From: Opitutales bacterium
GTDB lineage: Bacteria; Verrucomicrobiota; Verrucomicrobiia; Opitutales; JAJFLR01
NCBI GenBank assembly: GCA_021772565.1
Contig: JAJFLR010000096.1
Coordinates: forward strand, 5,266-69,265
Direction: 5' to 3'
DNA length: 64,000 nucleotides
The notes under the pieces were generated by a model. That model did not search any database. It was not told the origin of the DNA and saw only the letters and a program-made list of their open reading frames with translations. Made by a program: the position numbers and the translations under genes. Each line of letters opens with the position of its first letter. Position 1 is the stretch's first letter. Below, piece by piece: positions 46,213 to 61,432 of the stretch.

Positions 46213-46840
46213 TATTATTTTCTGATATTCTGGATAGTATTTTATTCATACCGCTCTCACTACAAACAATTTTATCGTATCGACATAAATCATATGCACT
46301 CACATTTGCTGCTTCGCTTAAATCAAATCTTTCAATATTTCTAGCAGAAAGAAGGACATTATCATTCCATTTGTCATCAATAATTAATACTTTTCCTTTT
46401 GGAACAACGCGATTAATAATTTTATTAAAAATATTAGTTTGTGGAGAATCCATTTCAAACTGCTGAATTAAATCAATATCTCCGGCAACTGCGCGATCAA
46501 ACAACGCACGACTGTAAGCAAGCCGTTTGACTTTGCGATTAATTTTTTGGCTATAATCTCTCGGTTTTGGACCAAAGACGATACCACCACCACGCCACTG
46601 TGAAACACGACGACTCCCGGCCCTGGCATTTCCTGTCCCTTTTTGTCGATAAGCCTTTTTGCCGGTCCCACTTACTTCTGCACGTGTTTTAGTTGATGCA
46701 TTGCCTTGTCTTTGGTTGGCCATATAAGCCAAGAGAACTTGTTTTAAAGCATAAATCCCTTTATCCCCTTCAAATTCTTGAACAGCATAATCTTTTTCTT
46801 CACACTTAGTACCGTCTGATATATATACTTTTAACTTCAT
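46205..46840 (-). CDS. rplD: 50S ribosomal protein L4
   Basis: ...GTGKKAYRQKGTGNARAGSRRVSQWRGGGIVFGPKPRDY. Confidence 0.95.
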   Translation of the reverse strand: MKLKVYISDGTKCEEKDYAVQEFEGDKGIYALKQVLLAYMANQRQGNASTKTRAEVSGTGKKAYRQKGTGNARAGSRRVSQWRGGGIVFGPKPRDYSQKINRKVKRLAYSRALFDRAVAGDIDLIQQFEMDSPQTNIFNKIINRVVPKGKVLIIDDKWNDNVLLSARNIERFDLSEAANVSAYDLCRYDKIVCSESGMNKILSRISENNND

Positions 46841-47481
46841 GCTGCTTTCTTCTTAACTTTTTTGGCACTTCTTACAAGCAACTCACTTCCAGTAGGACCT
46901 GGGATACTTCCTTTAACCAATATTAAATTTTTATCTTCAATTATAGTTACAATTTTTAGATTTTGCACTGTACGACTAACGTTACCCATATGTCCCGGCA
47001 TCTTGCGGTTTTTCTCAATATGTCCGGGCCATTGACACTGACCGAATGAACCACCGCGCCGATGGAACATTGATCCATGGGATGCTGGACCTCCACTAAA
47101 ATTGTATCTTTTAACTACTCCCTGAAAACCACGTCCTTTAGTAACAGCGACAATATCAACTTTTGGCGTATCTTTAAACCCAGTTACTGTCATAACATCA
47201 CCTAATTTAGCTTCCGGTTTGGAGTTAGTTCTAACTTCTTTTAAAGTTACAGCAGGATCGACTTTTGCCTTATTAAAATGACCCGTTAGAGGTTTATTTA
47301 CTAATTTCGATCTCTTTACACCGATTCCAATTTGAATAGCATTATAACCGTCTGTTTCATCAGTTTTTACCTGAGTCACTCGACATGGACCAGCCTCAAT
47401 AATTGTAACTGAAACAAGTGCATTATTTTCATCAAACACCTGTGTCATTCCAATTTTTTTTCCTAATAATGTGTAGAGCAT
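46837..47481 (-). CDS. rplC: 50S ribosomal protein L3
   Basis: ...LLGKKIGMTQVFDENNALVSVTIIEAGPC...TKGRGFQGVVKRYNF. Confidence 0.95.
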   Translation of the reverse strand: MLYTLLGKKIGMTQVFDENNALVSVTIIEAGPCRVTQVKTDETDGYNAIQIGIGVKRSKLVNKPLTGHFNKAKVDPAVTLKEVRTNSKPEAKLGDVMTVTGFKDTPKVDIVAVTKGRGFQGVVKRYNFSGGPASHGSMFHRRGGSFGQCQWPGHIEKNRKMPGHMGNVSRTVQNLKIVTIIEDKNLILVKGSIPGPTGSELLVRSAKKVKKKAA

Positions 47482-47511
47482 GGTTTTTAAAACTAGTAAT
47501 TTATAAAAGAA

Positions 47512-47820
47512 TCAAACATTAATAATTATATCGACTCCGGCAGGCAAATTAAGCTTCTTTAACTCATCGACTGTCTGTGCTGTTGGATCAACTATATCAA
47601 TCAATCTTTTATGAGTTCTGATTTCAAATTGTTCCATTGACTTTTTATCCACATGGGGCGACTGATTTACCGTATATTTTTCAATTCTCGTGGGAAGTGG
47701 AATCGGACCAGAAACCCTAGCACCCGAACGCTTTGCAGTATCAACAATGTCAGTGGTGCTCTGATCAACAACTCTAAAGTCGTAGCCTCTTAATTTAATT
47801 CTTATTTTCGGAGATTTCAT
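47512..47820 (-). CDS. rpsJ: 30S ribosomal protein S10
   Basis: [22 protein letters not shown]...[12 protein letters not shown]. Confidence 0.95.
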   Translation of the reverse strand: MKSPKIRIKLRGYDFRVVDQSTTDIVDTAKRSGARVSGPIPLPTRIEKYTVNQSPHVDKKSMEQFEIRTHKRLIDIVDPTAQTVDELKKLNLPAGVDIIINV

Positions 47821-47825
47821 ATTAA

Positions 47826-49982
<2,157 letters not shown>

Positions 49983-50022
49983 CTTAATTATAATTTGAAA
50001 ATAATTTGAATGAGTTTCTCAA

Positions 50023-50493
50023 TTACCAACGTAAATGAGCAAAAGCACGATTTGACTGAGCCATTTTATGTGCTTCTTCTTTTTTCCTCACTACAGTACC
50101 TCTATTGTTGTAGGCTTCAATAATTTCTTGTGCTAATGCTTCCTTCATTGGTTCTCTACGTTTACGAGCAGCATCACGTAACCACCGAAAAGCTAAACTT
50201 TGTTGCCTCTCATGAGGTAGTTCAACAGGAACTTGGTATGTAGTACCACCTACCCTTCGACTTTTAACTTCTAATTTAGGCCTGATATTTTCCAATGCTC
50301 CTAAAATGAGATCTATAGGATCACCTTTACCCAATTCTTCACTTACTCTCTCAAATGCCCCATAAACGACTCCTTGAGCAACACTCTTCTTCCCACCAAT
50401 CATGAGAGAATTGATCAATTGACTAACCAATTGGCTATTATATCTAGTATCCGGCAAATGTTGCCGTTTTTCTGCTTTTCGTCTGCGTGACAT
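50023..50493 (-). CDS. rpsG: 30S ribosomal protein S7
   Basis: MSRRRKAEKRQHLPDTRYNS...AHKMAQSNRAFAHLRW. Confidence 0.95.
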   Translation of the reverse strand: MSRRRKAEKRQHLPDTRYNSQLVSQLINSLMIGGKKSVAQGVVYGAFERVSEELGKGDPIDLILGALENIRPKLEVKSRRVGGTTYQVPVELPHERQQSLAFRWLRDAARKRREPMKEALAQEIIEAYNNRGTVVRKKEEAHKMAQSNRAFAHLRW

Positions 50494-50513
50494 TTTTTAA
50501 AATCTTATTTTTA

Positions 50514-50897
50514 TTATTTTTTGCTCTCTTTGGGTCTTTTTACTCCATATTTTGAGCGACTGCGTCGTCTTTTCTCAACACCCATACAATCTAAAGTTCC
50601 TCTAACAGTATGATAACGCACACCTGGTAAATCTTTAACACGACCACCTCGAATTAATACAACACTATGCTCCTGTAAATTGTGGCCTTCATCTGGAATA
50701 TAAGAAATGACTTCATATCCATTTGTTAAACGCACTTTTGCAACCTTACGAATAGCAGAATTAGGTTTTTTAGGTGTTCGTGTCATCACCTGTACACATA
50801 CTCCCCTACGAAAAGGACTAGATCCAAGTGCTGGAGACTTGCTCTTACTCGTTACTTTACGGCGCGGTTTGCGCACTAATTGATTAATTGTTGGCAT
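50514..50897 (-). CDS. rpsL: 30S ribosomal protein S12
   Basis: Start taken at [12 protein letters not shown] (canonical). The ORF-track start at 50954 adds 19 non-homologous residues. Confidence 0.95.
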   Translation of the reverse strand: MPTINQLVRKPRRKVTSKSKSPALGSSPFRRGVCVQVMTRTPKKPNSAIRKVAKVRLTNGYEVISYIPDEGHNLQEHSVVLIRGGRVKDLPGVRYHTVRGTLDCMGVEKRRRSRSKYGVKRPKESKK

Positions 50898-51115
50898 AAA
50901 ATTATTTTTAATAAGGAGGGGAAAAGCGTGGAAGCTACATTTTCTTAGAAACAAATCAAGTAAGAATTTTTTTTTTTTAATTATATCAGTAAAATTTGAT
51001 AAATTAGCACATTAATTGCTTTAAAAATTATACTAACAATAGAATGAAATAGATTTTTTTAAATCTGTTACAATTTTTAATCAAAAAATTAATTCTTTTT
51101 ATTATTATTTATTAA

Positions 51116-54100
51116 TCACACAACTTCATCTACCTCCATAGTTTCTTCATCAATTTCAGCACCCAAAGTTTTGATGCGTAATCGACGATATTTAGGAAGT
51201 CCAGTACCAGCAGGAATAAGATGTCCCATAATAACATTTTCTTTAAAGCCTGTTAGTTTATCTACTTTACCTAAAGTGGATGCATCTGTCAAAACACGAG
51301 TTGTTTCCTGAAATGATGCTGCAGAAATAAAACTTTCGGTTTCTAATGAAGCTTTAGTAATTCCAAGTAAAATTGGATCACCTTCAGCAGGTTTACCACC
51401 CGCTTCAACAATACGTTCGTTTTCTGTCATAAATTTTTCTTTGTCTATTTGCTCTCCCCAGAAAAATTCGGTATCTCCTGGATCAGTAATACGAACTTTA
51501 CATAACATCTGACTAATTATGAGCTCAATATGTTTATCATTAATGGTCACACCTTGTAAGCGATAAACTTTTTGAATTTCAGATAAAAGATATTCCTGCA
51601 CTGGATTTGGCCCGAGTATTTCCAATATTTCATGTGGATCTGCTGCACCCTCAGTTAATGGCTGACCTTTATAAACAAAATCTCCAGGTTGCACAATTAT
51701 GTGTTTACCGTGAGGAATAAGATGTTCACCTTCACTACCATCATTTTCGTTAGTAACGATTAAACGTTTTTTGCCTCTAATAGTTCCTCCTATTGAAACT
51801 ATACCGTCCAACTTAGCCATTTCATTTGCTTCTTTGGGTCGACGTGCTTCAAACAGTTCAGCAACACGTGGCAAACCACCTGTAATGTCTTGTGTTTTAG
51901 AGGCAGAACGAGGAGTTTTAGCAAGTAGTGCACCTGGATGAATTATATCACCTTCACTGACCTGAACTTGTGCTCCGGTAGGAATTGAATATGTAGCAAT
52001 TGTTTTAGTTTTGATTTGAGATTTTGTTTTACTCGTATCATAACCCTTTGGTGTCTCGTGAATCTCAACTATCGGATTTAAATCTTCTTTATGTTCAATT
52101 ACAACTGTTGCAATTCGACCTGTTGTTGGGTCAACTTCTCGTTTAACAGTTACACCAGGAATCATATCCTTAAATTTAATAACACCTCCTTTTTCAGAAA
52201 GAATTGGAACATTATGTGGATCCCACTGCGCTAATATTTGATCTTTTTCTATAACAGCACCGTCATCCAAATTCAAAATAGCACCAGAAGGCATCTTGTA
52301 ATTTTCAAGTTCCCTCTCGTTATCACCCAATATGATAATAGCACCTGTTTTGTTGACAACCACATTGATACCCTCACCAGTTTTAACTAAACGTAGGCCT
52401 TTATATTTTACTAAACCATGATTTCTTACTTTAATCTCTGAACTTTTTGAGATCTGGCTGGCAATACCACCAATGTGAAAAGTACGCATTGTTAATTGCG
52501 TCCCTGGCTCACCAATCGACTGTGCAGCTATGATACCGACAGCTGTTCCTGATTCTACTATTCTATTTGTTGATGGATCAAGACCATAAGCACGAGCCGT
52601 TAGACTATCTCTTCTTATATGAGTTAGTGGAGACATTACTTTTACCCTCTCAACTCCAAGGTCTTCAATCTTTCTTGCTAAGACTTCGGTAATCAATTCA
52701 CCATTTCCAACAAGTATTTCATCAGGATTTGTTGGATTATAAACATCTTCACTTGAACACCTACCTACTATTCTATCATAAAGACTAACTATCTCATCGT
52801 CACCCTCGTGAATAGCAAACTTCCATATTCCATCACGATTTCCATCATCATCAGAGGTAATGATAATATCCATCGCAACATCACAAAGTTTTCTTGTTAA
52901 ATAACCGGCATCAGCAGTCTTTAAAGCAGTATCAGCCAGTCCCTTTCGAGCACCATGTGTAGAAATAAAATACTCTAATACAGTTAGTCCCTCTCTAAAC
53001 GATGATAATATTGGTCTTTCAATAATTTCACCAGATGGTTTCGCCATTAGACCACGAGTTCCACAAAGTTGTCTGACTTGCTGTCTATTACCACGAGCAC
53101 CAGAATCCATCATCAAAAAGATTGGGTTTACTTCGTCACTATTTTGATTAGAATCAAGACAATGAAACACACTTTTAGCAATGTCGTCTGTTGCAGTTGT
53201 CCAGATATCAATTATTTTATTATACCTCTCGCCTTGTGTGATAATACCCTTACGATACTGCGCCTCAACTTCCTCGATTCTATTGCGCGCAGCAGCAACT
53301 ATACTTGGCTTATCATCAGGTATTATCATATCCTCCATACCAATTGATAGACCCGCTTTAGTTGCTGTGTTAAAACCAAGTTTCTTGAGCTCATCCAAAA
53401 CAATAACAAGTTTTTCTTTACCAGTTATTTTATAAGATTGTAATATGAGATCTCCAAGCTTTGCTTTAGCTACTGGAAAATCAATAAACCCTAACTCATC
53501 CGGCCATATAAGACTGAATAAAACTCGGCCTACTGTTGTTTGAAGAATTTTCTTATCTGGTTTACCATATACAGTTTCTTTTCCAAAATCAGGATTCACA
53601 AATCGTATATGATCATGAGTTTTAACAACACCATCACCATTTGCTAATATTACTTCATTTGTGTTAGCGAATAACGGTATGTGATTATTTGGTTTACTGG
53701 TTGTCTTAGGTTCTAATGTTAAATAATAGGCACCTAATACAATATCTTGTGAAGGTGTTAATATTGGCTTACCACTTGATGGTGAAAAAATATTATGAAC
53801 ACTCATCATCAATAATTTTGTTTCAAGTATGGCTTCCAGAGAAAGCGGAACGTGAACCGCCATTTGATCTCCATCAAAATCAGCATTATAAGCAGTACAA
53901 ACCAAAGGATGAACTCGAATTGCATCACCCTCAATTAAAACAGGTTCAAAGGCTTGAATTGAAAGTCGATGCAAAGTTGGAGCTCGATTAAGTAAAACTG
54001 GATGCCCTTTTGTCACTTCTTCTAAAATATCCCAAACCTCAGGTGACCTCTTCTCAATCATTTTCCGAGCACCTCTGACAGTGTGAACAAAACCTAATTC

Positions 54101-55273
54101 TTTAAGTCTTCTGATAATAAAAGGCTCAAATAAAACCAATGCCATCTTTTTAGGTAATCCGCACTGATGTAATTTTAAATCCGGCCCAATAACTATAACT
54201 GATCTACCGCTATAGTCTACACGTTTGCCAAGCAAATTTTGACGGAATCGACCTTGCTTACCTTTTAGCATATCACTCATTGATTTCAATGGTCTGTTAC
54301 CGGCACCAGTAACTGCACGACCACGTCGGCCGTTATCAAATAATGCATCAACCGCCTCTTGTAACATACGTTTTTCATTGTGTATGATAACGGCAGGTGT
54401 TTTAAGTTGAAGTAAATTTTTAAGTCGATTGTTTCGATTAATGACACGTCTATAAAGATCATTGAGATCACTCGTTGCAAATCGTCCACCTTCCAAAGGA
54501 ACTAATGGTCTTAGATCCGGTGGAATGACTGGTAAAGATTCTAGAACCATCCACGATGGCAATGTATTAGAATTTATAAATCCTTGAATAACTTTCAATC
54601 GTTTGGACAACTTCTTTTTTATCTGTTTGGAACGCGTATTATGTAACTGCTCCTGCAATTCATCTACAAGAGATTCCAAGTCTAGTCTTGCTAAATTTTC
54701 CTGTAAAGCAATTGCTCCCATTTTTGCTTCAAATGAATCAAAGCCATACTCTTCAATTGCAGTCTGATATTCCTGTTCTGTAAGTAACTGTTTTTCTTCT
54801 AACGGAGTTTTACCTGGATCTGTAACCATATAATTTTCATAATATATGACACGCTCCAAATTCCGCGCAGTTATATCTAGTAATAACCCCAGTCTGCTAG
54901 GCATACTTTTTAAAAACCAAATATGTGTAACTGGAACTGCTAGTTCAATATGCCCCATACGTTCACGTCGAACTCTAGACACAGTTACTTCTACACCACA
55001 ACGGTCACAAACAACACCTTTAAATTTAATTCTTTTATATTTACCACAGGCACATTCATAGTCTCTAACGGGTCCAAAAATTCGTTGGCAAAACAAACCA
55101 CCAGGCTCAGGTTTAAATGTACGGTAATTAATCGTCTCCGGATTTTTAACTTCACCTCTAGACCAAGAACGTATTGTATCAGGGGAAGCAACCGTAATGG
55201 ATACTTGATCAAATGATTGTTCCTTATCAAAACCAAGAAACTCTTTTACTTCGCGAATATCAGTACTACTCAT
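51116..55273 (-). CDS. rpoC: DNA-directed RNA polymerase subunit beta'
   Basis: 1385 aa. Zn finger CACGKYKR...CDRCGVEV. Catalytic [13 protein letters not shown]. Confidence 0.97.
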   Translation of the reverse strand: MSSTDIREVKEFLGFDKEQSFDQVSITVASPDTIRSWSRGEVKNPETINYRTFKPEPGGLFCQRIFGPVRDYECACGKYKRIKFKGVVCDRCGVEVTVSRVRRERMGHIELAVPVTHIWFLKSMPSRLGLLLDITARNLERVIYYENYMVTDPGKTPLEEKQLLTEQEYQTAIEEYGFDSFEAKMGAIALQENLARLDLESLVDELQEQLHNTRSKQIKKKLSKRLKVIQGFINSNTLPSWMVLESLPVIPPDLRPLVPLEGGRFATSDLNDLYRRVINRNNRLKNLLQLKTPAVIIHNEKRMLQEAVDALFDNGRRGRAVTGAGNRPLKSMSDMLKGKQGRFRQNLLGKRVDYSGRSVIVIGPDLKLHQCGLPKKMALVLFEPFIIRRLKELGFVHTVRGARKMIEKRSPEVWDILEEVTKGHPVLLNRAPTLHRLSIQAFEPVLIEGDAIRVHPLVCTAYNADFDGDQMAVHVPLSLEAILETKLLMMSVHNIFSPSSGKPILTPSQDIVLGAYYLTLEPKTTSKPNNHIPLFANTNEVILANGDGVVKTHDHIRFVNPDFGKETVYGKPDKKILQTTVGRVLFSLIWPDELGFIDFPVAKAKLGDLILQSYKITGKEKLVIVLDELKKLGFNTATKAGLSIGMEDMIIPDDKPSIVAAARNRIEEVEAQYRKGIITQGERYNKIIDIWTTATDDIAKSVFHCLDSNQNSDEVNPIFLMMDSGARGNRQQVRQLCGTRGLMAKPSGEIIERPILSSFREGLTVLEYFISTHGARKGLADTALKTADAGYLTRKLCDVAMDIIITSDDDGNRDGIWKFAIHEGDDEIVSLYDRIVGRCSSEDVYNPTNPDEILVGNGELITEVLARKIEDLGVERVKVMSPLTHIRRDSLTARAYGLDPSTNRIVESGTAVGIIAAQSIGEPGTQLTMRTFHIGGIASQISKSSEIKVRNHGLVKYKGLRLVKTGEGINVVVNKTGAIIILGDNERELENYKMPSGAILNLDDGAVIEKDQILAQWDPHNVPILSEKGGVIKFKDMIPGVTVKREVDPTTGRIATVVIEHKEDLNPIVEIHETPKGYDTSKTKSQIKTKTIATYSIPTGAQVQVSEGDIIHPGALLAKTPRSASKTQDITGGLPRVAELFEARRPKEANEMAKLDGIVSIGGTIRGKKRLIVTNENDGSEGEHLIPHGKHIIVQPGDFVYKGQPLTEGAADPHEILEILGPNPVQEYLLSEIQKVYRLQGVTINDKHIELIISQMLCKVRITDPGDTEFFWGEQIDKEKFMTENERIVEAGGKPAEGDPILLGITKASLETESFISAASFQETTRVLTDASTLGKVDKLTGFKENVIMGHLIPAGTGLPKYRRLRIKTLGAEIDEETMEVDEVV

Positions 55274-55313
55274 TTTTTTCCTTTTTTAAACGATTGAAAA
55301 AATTTAAATATTA

Positions 55314-58300
55314 TTAATTTGAAAATGCTTCTACTTCATTTTCACTAGTCAACCTTATATCAAGACAAAGACTTTGCATCTCTTTCATCAAAACATTAAA
55401 TGATTGTGGTGTACCAGCTTGTAAACTGTTATCACCCTTAACTAATGATTCATAGATCTTGGTACGACCACTCACATCATCACTTTTAACAGTAAGTAGT
55501 TCCTGCAAAGTGTAGGCAGCACCATATGCTTCTAAAGCCCAAACCTCCATCTCACCAAAACGTTGTCCACCGTATTGTGCCTTGCCCCCTAACGGCTGTT
55601 GTGTTATGAGTGAATAAGGCCCTACGGCTCTAGCGTGAATCTTATCAGCTACCAAGTGATTAAGTTTAATCATATAAACATAACCAACAACAACTTTTTG
55701 ATCAAACTGTTCTCCAGATCGACCATCAAAAAGAATGCTTTTACCCGCTACAGGCAATTTTGCCTGTTTGAGATAATCCTTAATCTTATCTTCAGAAATT
55801 CCATCAAATACAGGTGTCGCTACTTTGATACCAAGAACTTGGCACGCCCATCCTAAATGGGTTTCTAATACTTGCCCTACATTCATTCGACTCGGAACTC
55901 CAAGTGGATTTAAAACAATTTGAATAGGCGTTCCATCCGGTAAAAATGGCATATCTTCTTCTGGAAGTATTCTAGCCACAACCCCTTTATTTCCATGGCG
56001 ACCAGCCATTTTATCACCAACTTGAATCTTGCGCTTGGTTGCAACATAAACTTTTACATTTTTAATTACACCTTGATCAATATCATCGCCAGATTCAATG
56101 GATTCTATCTTTCGGCCGCGATCACCATCAAGTTCATCAAATTTAGATTCAAACGTTTTAATTATCTCCATAATTTTAATTTTAATTGGAGATGGATCAA
56201 TTTCGATAGTTTTGTAAACGGCCGCTAAACGCCTAAGTAACGTTTTTGTTATTTTGCGATTTGCAGGTATTATTACTTCGCCTGTCTCACAATTATTTAC
56301 ATCTAACGGGATTTTTTCACCCAGCAGAATATTCGACAAAGATTCGGTTAGATTCTCTCGAATTTTATCGGTTTGTGAACGATATTCCTCATTTATCTTT
56401 TTAACCTGACGACGTCTGTCTGACGGACTCATCTGTTCTTTGTCTGCATCAACTCTACTCGACACTTTGACATCCATGACAATTCCATAAACTCCTGATG
56501 GTACCATCAATGATGTATCTTTTACATCAGCTGCTTTTTCACCGAAAATTGCTCTTAGTAATTTTTCTTCCGGTGCCAATTCGGTTTCACTTTTTGGTGT
56601 AATTTTTCCAACTAAAATATCACCGGGTTTAACTTCCGCACCTACTCTAATAACACCATCGTGATTTAAATTTTTAAGTGCTTCCTCTCCAACATTTGGA
56701 ATATCACGGGTAATTTCTTCTGCACCTAATTTTGTATCACGAGCAGTTACGTCAAATTCTTCAATATGTATAGATGTGTAAATATCATCTTTAATTAACT
56801 TTTCACTCAGTAAAATTGCGTCTTCAAAATTATACCCATTCCAAGGCATAAATGCTACGAGAACATTTCGTCCAAGCGCTAGTTCTCCACTTTCAGTAGC
56901 AGCACCATCAGCTATGACTTCACCTACTTTTACTTTTTGCCCTTTGGATACAATTGGGTTCTGATTAAAACAAGTACCTGCATTAGATCGCATGAATTTT
57001 CTTAATTCATAAACATAAATTGAGGCTTTTGTATCAGTTGTTCGACTACGATTAAATTTAGCTGGCAATGTTCCATCTGGACTGATTACTATCATCTTGG
57101 CATCAACACTGGCAACAATTCCATCAGATTCAGATACCTCAATTGTCTTTGAATCCTTAGCAACTCGATGTTCAATACCAGTACCTACAAAAGGAGCTTC
57201 AGTTCGCAAAAGTGGCACCCCCTGACGTTGCATATTTGAACCCATCAGTGCACGATTAGCGTCATCGTGCTCGAGAAAAGGAATTAATCCAGCAGCAACT
57301 GATATTAATTGCTTGGGAGAAACATCCATGTATTCTACATCGTTTGCATCGAGTTCTAAAAAGTTATCGGCTTTTCTTACTGTAATTTTTCCAACTAGAT
57401 TACTGTCTACATCTAATTCTGAGTTTGCTTGAGCAATTATATGACCCTCTTCCTGATCGGCTGTCAGATATAATATTTCATCAGTAACCTTCCCCTCTTT
57501 TACTACACGATAAGGTGTTTCAATAAACCCAAATTCATTTACTCTGGCATATGTACTCAATGAGTTTATAAGACCAATATTTGGACCTTCAGGTGTTTCA
57601 ATAGGACAAATACGACCGTAGTGCGAAGGATGTACATCGCGCACTTCAAATCCTGCTCTTTCACGATTTAGTCCACCGGGTCCTAGTGCTGAAAGTCGAC
57701 GTTTATGTGTTAGCTCAGCTAAAGGATTAATTTGATCCATGAATTGGCTTAATTGACTTCGTGCAAAAAAGTCCCGAATGACAGTACTAAGTGCTTTTGG
57801 ATTAATTAATTTTTGTGGGCTAATTGTGTCTACACTTTGATCGTAAAGAGTCATACGCTCTTTCACCAATCTTTCAGTTCTAGCAAGTCCAATACGGCAT
57901 TGATTCATCAATAATTCACCAACTGTTCGAACTCGTCGACTTCCAAGATGATCAATATCATCGACAACGCCAGTACCTGATTTTAATCGAATAACATAAT
58001 TTGTTGCTTCAACTATATCTTCTGCGTTTAAAATTCTAACATCCAGATCAGTTTCTAAATTTAATTTTTGATTAATTTTATAACGCCCAACTCTTCCTAA
58101 ATCATACCGTTTTGTATCTTGAAATAATCTTTTTAGTAATGCTTTTGCGTTGGATACTGTTGGGGGCTCACCAGGACGAAGTCTTTTATAAATATCTTTG
58201 AGTGCCTCTTCCTCGTTTCGAGCAGGGTCTTTTTTCAAACATCTAATTATAACGCCTTCGTCCTCTTGTGTATCAATAACACGAACAGTTGTAATGGATG

Positions 58301-59096
58301 CTTTTAAAAATCCACGAACTATAGTTTTTGTTAGCGGCTCAAATGATCTTGCTATAACAACACCACGTTCGGCATCGACAATATCCTCCACCAATACCAA
58401 GCGACTTACGTTTTCCATTTCAAGAGCATCGCTAACTGTTAGATCAATGATATCGTAAAACAGATTTAGAATATCAAAATCACTGCTGTACCCCATGGCA
58501 CGTAATAAAGTAGTAATGAGGAACTTCCTACGACGTCGACGTCTATCTAAATAGACATACAATAAATCATTTTGATCAAACTGCACCTCTAGCCATGTGC
58601 CACGATCCGGTATTATTCTAAAGCTAAATAATAATTTTCCACTTGTATGCGGTGTGACTTCAAAGCAAATACCAGGAGAACGATGTAATTGACTGACCAC
58701 AACTCTTTCTGCACCATTTATGATAAAAGATCCCCGTTCTGTGATCATTGGAATTTCACCTAAATAAATCTCCTCATCCAAAATATTATCTTCTTCCTTC
58801 AAACGAAGTTTTACATAAAGCAAAATAGAATAAGTAACACCCTCACGAATGCATTCCATTTCAGTAAATTTAGGACCACTTAATTTGTAGGAAACATACT
58901 CTAAATGACAACGTCCATCATAACTTTCAATCGGAAAAATTTCCCTAAAAACTGCCTCTAGTCCCAATGCTTTTCTGCCTTCACTTGGATAATTTTCCTG
59001 AATAAATTCTTTGAATGAATTTATCTGATTTTCGATTAAATTTGGAGGTTGAATCACCTCTCTAAGTTTGCCAAAATTTTGTCGTTCTTTAATCAT
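55314..59096 (-). CDS. rpoB: DNA-directed RNA polymerase subunit beta
   Basis: 1260 aa. ...[34 protein letters not shown]... (rifampicin-region consensus). Confidence 0.97.
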   Translation of the reverse strand: MIKERQNFGKLREVIQPPNLIENQINSFKEFIQENYPSEGRKALGLEAVFREIFPIESYDGRCHLEYVSYKLSGPKFTEMECIREGVTYSILLYVKLRLKEEDNILDEEIYLGEIPMITERGSFIINGAERVVVSQLHRSPGICFEVTPHTSGKLLFSFRIIPDRGTWLEVQFDQNDLLYVYLDRRRRRRKFLITTLLRAMGYSSDFDILNLFYDIIDLTVSDALEMENVSRLVLVEDIVDAERGVVIARSFEPLTKTIVRGFLKASITTVRVIDTQEDEGVIIRCLKKDPARNEEEALKDIYKRLRPGEPPTVSNAKALLKRLFQDTKRYDLGRVGRYKINQKLNLETDLDVRILNAEDIVEATNYVIRLKSGTGVVDDIDHLGSRRVRTVGELLMNQCRIGLARTERLVKERMTLYDQSVDTISPQKLINPKALSTVIRDFFARSQLSQFMDQINPLAELTHKRRLSALGPGGLNRERAGFEVRDVHPSHYGRICPIETPEGPNIGLINSLSTYARVNEFGFIETPYRVVKEGKVTDEILYLTADQEEGHIIAQANSELDVDSNLVGKITVRKADNFLELDANDVEYMDVSPKQLISVAAGLIPFLEHDDANRALMGSNMQRQGVPLLRTEAPFVGTGIEHRVAKDSKTIEVSESDGIVASVDAKMIVISPDGTLPAKFNRSRTTDTKASIYVYELRKFMRSNAGTCFNQNPIVSKGQKVKVGEVIADGAATESGELALGRNVLVAFMPWNGYNFEDAILLSEKLIKDDIYTSIHIEEFDVTARDTKLGAEEITRDIPNVGEEALKNLNHDGVIRVGAEVKPGDILVGKITPKSETELAPEEKLLRAIFGEKAADVKDTSLMVPSGVYGIVMDVKVSSRVDADKEQMSPSDRRRQVKKINEEYRSQTDKIRENLTESLSNILLGEKIPLDVNNCETGEVIIPANRKITKTLLRRLAAVYKTIEIDPSPIKIKIMEIIKTFESKFDELDGDRGRKIESIESGDDIDQGVIKNVKVYVATKRKIQVGDKMAGRHGNKGVVARILPEEDMPFLPDGTPIQIVLNPLGVPSRMNVGQVLETHLGWACQVLGIKVATPVFDGISEDKIKDYLKQAKLPVAGKSILFDGRSGEQFDQKVVVGYVYMIKLNHLVADKIHARAVGPYSLITQQPLGGKAQYGGQRFGEMEVWALEAYGAAYTLQELLTVKSDDVSGRTKIYESLVKGDNSLQAGTPQSFNVLMKEMQSLCLDIRLTSENEVEAFSN

Positions 59097-59226
59097 AGTT
59101 AGTCAATTATCTGGTTTTTAAAATATCGTTAGAAAAAATATAAACAGAAATAGAACGGACATCTGAAATATCCGCTCTACAATTGAATCGTTAATTTAAA
59201 ATTAATTGGTTTGATAAACCAGTGAA

Positions 59227-59610
59227 TTATTTAATTTCTACTTCAGCTCCAACAGCTTCAAGCTTCTTTTTAATCTCCTCAGAATCTTCTTTGCTAACAC
59301 CTTCCTTGACAGGTTTAGGTGCACTTTCAACAAGTTCCTTTGCTTCCTTTAATCCTAACCCGGTAATTGCTCTAACTTCTTTAATTACAGCAATTTTGTT
59401 GCTACCAAAAGCTTTGAGAACTACGTCAAACTCAGTCTTTTCTTCAGCTTGCGGTGCAGCTTCTCCACCACCACCGGCAACTGCAACTGCAACAGGAGCT
59501 GCCGCACTGACACCCCATTTATCCTCGAGCTCTTTAACTAGTCCAGCTATCTCGAGAACAGTTTGATTACTAAGCCATTCCACTACTTGATCTTTATTTA
59601 TATCTGCCAT
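59227..59610 (-). CDS. rplL: 50S ribosomal protein L7/L12
   Basis: ...[53 protein letters not shown]. Confidence 0.95.
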   Translation of the reverse strand: MADINKDQVVEWLSNQTVLEIAGLVKELEDKWGVSAAAPVAVAVAGGGGEAAPQAEEKTEFDVVLKAFGSNKIAVIKEVRAITGLGLKEAKELVESAPKPVKEGVSKEDSEEIKKKLEAVGAEVEIK

Positions 59611-59781
59611 TTTTAACCTCCTTGTTGATTAGCGCAACTTCTCTCAGAAGCAACATTTAAGGGAAACTGTTCCCCTAATCTTTTTATTTAAGTCAATGTA
59701 AATTTGTAATGTTATTAAGTATGTAAACTTTCAACTAAAAAATTAATAATTTATTAAATTCAACAAAATTATCCTCTAAAA

Positions 59782-60282
59782 TTAAACTTTTGCTGTTAGA
59801 ACGTTTAATAATCCTTGAGGTACAGCTTGCAAAATTGAAGCCATGCGCTGAGCGGGTGCCATAAGAACACCGAGAAATTGTGCTTTTAAAACTTCTTCAC
59901 TTGGCAATGATGCCAACGTATTGACTTCATCTTCGTTAATTGCAATTTTGTTTAAAAATCCTCCTTTTATCTTTACTTTATCATTTGCTTTATAAAATTT
60001 ATTTATAGCTTTTGCGACTCCAGGAGGATTATTACCTCCAGTTACAACTGCGTTTTGTCCTAGTAAATATTCATTGAGTTCAGGCAAATTTCTTTCTTTA
60101 ATAGCTGCTCCAAGCATTCTATTTTTTATCACATGAAACTCTGCATCATGTTCGGCTAAACTTTTACGTAAAGTTGCAGTTTCTAAAACTGTTAGGCCAT
60201 GATAATCTGCCACATATAAATAATCAGAATTATCCAAATAACCCCCAATTTCGTCAACATAGTATTTTTTTTCAGGCCTCAT
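59782..60282 (-). CDS. rplJ: 50S ribosomal protein L10
   Basis: Start taken at MRPEKKYYVDEIGGYL. The ORF-track start at 60306 would overlap rplA by 14 nt. Confidence 0.9.
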   Translation of the reverse strand: MRPEKKYYVDEIGGYLDNSDYLYVADYHGLTVLETATLRKSLAEHDAEFHVIKNRMLGAAIKERNLPELNEYLLGQNAVVTGGNNPPGVAKAINKFYKANDKVKIKGGFLNKIAINEDEVNTLASLPSEEVLKAQFLGVLMAPAQRMASILQAVPQGLLNVLTAKV

Positions 60283-60292
60283 AATAAAATTC

Positions 60293-60988
60293 CTATAATT
60301 TTGCAAATAAATCAGATTCGAGTTTAATCCCAGGACTCATTGTAGAAGTTAATGCCATATTCAAGATAAATTTTCCTTTTATATCAGTAGGACGCGACCG
60401 ACCAATTGCTTCAATCACAGATTTTATATTTTCGTTTAACTGTTGCTCATTAAATGAACGTTTTCCTACTACAATACCTAAATTAGCAGTTTTATCCATT
60501 TTGTACTCAATTCTACCTCCTAATTTAATTGCATTAATAGCTTCTTCAACATCTTCCGAAACTGTACCTGATTTAGGGTTAGGCATTAATCCTCTAGGTC
60601 CTAAAATTCTAGCAATTTTACGAACTTCTTTCATTGCCGTTGGAGTACTAACGGCGACTGTAAACCCAAGCCAACCATCTTGAATTTTCTTAATTAAATC
60701 GTCCAGTCCAGCAAAATCTGCACCCGCATCAAGTGCAACCTGTGGTGTTTCTGTAAATACAATAATTGTAACTTTTTTTCCGCTGCCATGAGGTAAGTTT
60801 ACAGAGCCTCTAACCATTTGATCACTCTTTTTTGGATCAACACCTAGATGAACAGACAATTCGACAGTTTCATCAAACTTTGCCGGAGACATTTTTTTGA
60901 GGAGCATTATTGCCTCATCTAATGAATACGGCTTACTCAATTCCGCCGATTCAGTAGCTGTACGATATCGTTTACTAATTTTAACCAT
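60293..60988 (-). CDS. rplA: 50S ribosomal protein L1
   Basis: ...FDETVELSVHLGVDPKKSDQMVRGSVNLPHGSGK... Confidence 0.95.
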   Translation of the reverse strand: MVKISKRYRTATESAELSKPYSLDEAIMLLKKMSPAKFDETVELSVHLGVDPKKSDQMVRGSVNLPHGSGKKVTIIVFTETPQVALDAGADFAGLDDLIKKIQDGWLGFTVAVSTPTAMKEVRKIARILGPRGLMPNPKSGTVSEDVEEAINAIKLGGRIEYKMDKTANLGIVVGKRSFNEQQLNENIKSVIEAIGRSRPTDIKGKFILNMALTSTMSPGIKLESDLFAKL

Positions 60989-60999
60989 TTTATATTTAA

Positions 61000-61422
61000 C
61001 TATATTATTTCTATTCCCATTGATCTTGCCGTCCCTGCTATAATTTCTATAGCAGCATCTTCGCTACCAGAATTAAGATCCTTTACTTTAGTTTTAGCAA
61101 TTTCAGCTAACTGCTTACGTGTAACTTTACCAACTTTATCACGATTTGGTATACCAGAACCCTTTGCAATACCAGCGGCTTTTTTTAGAAGCACTGCAGC
61201 TGGTGGTGACTTTAATACAAATGAAAATGATCGATCCTGATAAACTTCAATTACTACTGGCAATATTAAGCCTGCTTGATCTTTAGTTCTGGCATTATAT
61301 TCTTTACAAAATGCCATGATATTTACTCCTTGTGCACCGAGTGCAGGGCCGACTGGTGGTGCCGGATTGGCTGCACCTGCCGGGAGTTGAAGTCTAATAA
61401 TTCCTGTTACTTTTTTTGCCAT
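61000..61422 (-). CDS. rplK: 50S ribosomal protein L11
   Basis: [43 protein letters not shown]... Confidence 0.95.
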   Translation of the reverse strand: MAKKVTGIIRLQLPAGAANPAPPVGPALGAQGVNIMAFCKEYNARTKDQAGLILPVVIEVYQDRSFSFVLKSPPAAVLLKKAAGIAKGSGIPNRDKVGKVTRKQLAEIAKTKVKDLNSGSEDAAIEIIAGTARSMGIEII

Positions 61423-61432
61423 TTTTTATTAT

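Noticed and set aside
59097-59226. rplL-rpoB attenuator or terminator hairpin
   Set aside because: Only a weak 5-bp stem with a G-U pair (gcgga...tccgt) and no T-tract could be found, which is not enough to annotate.
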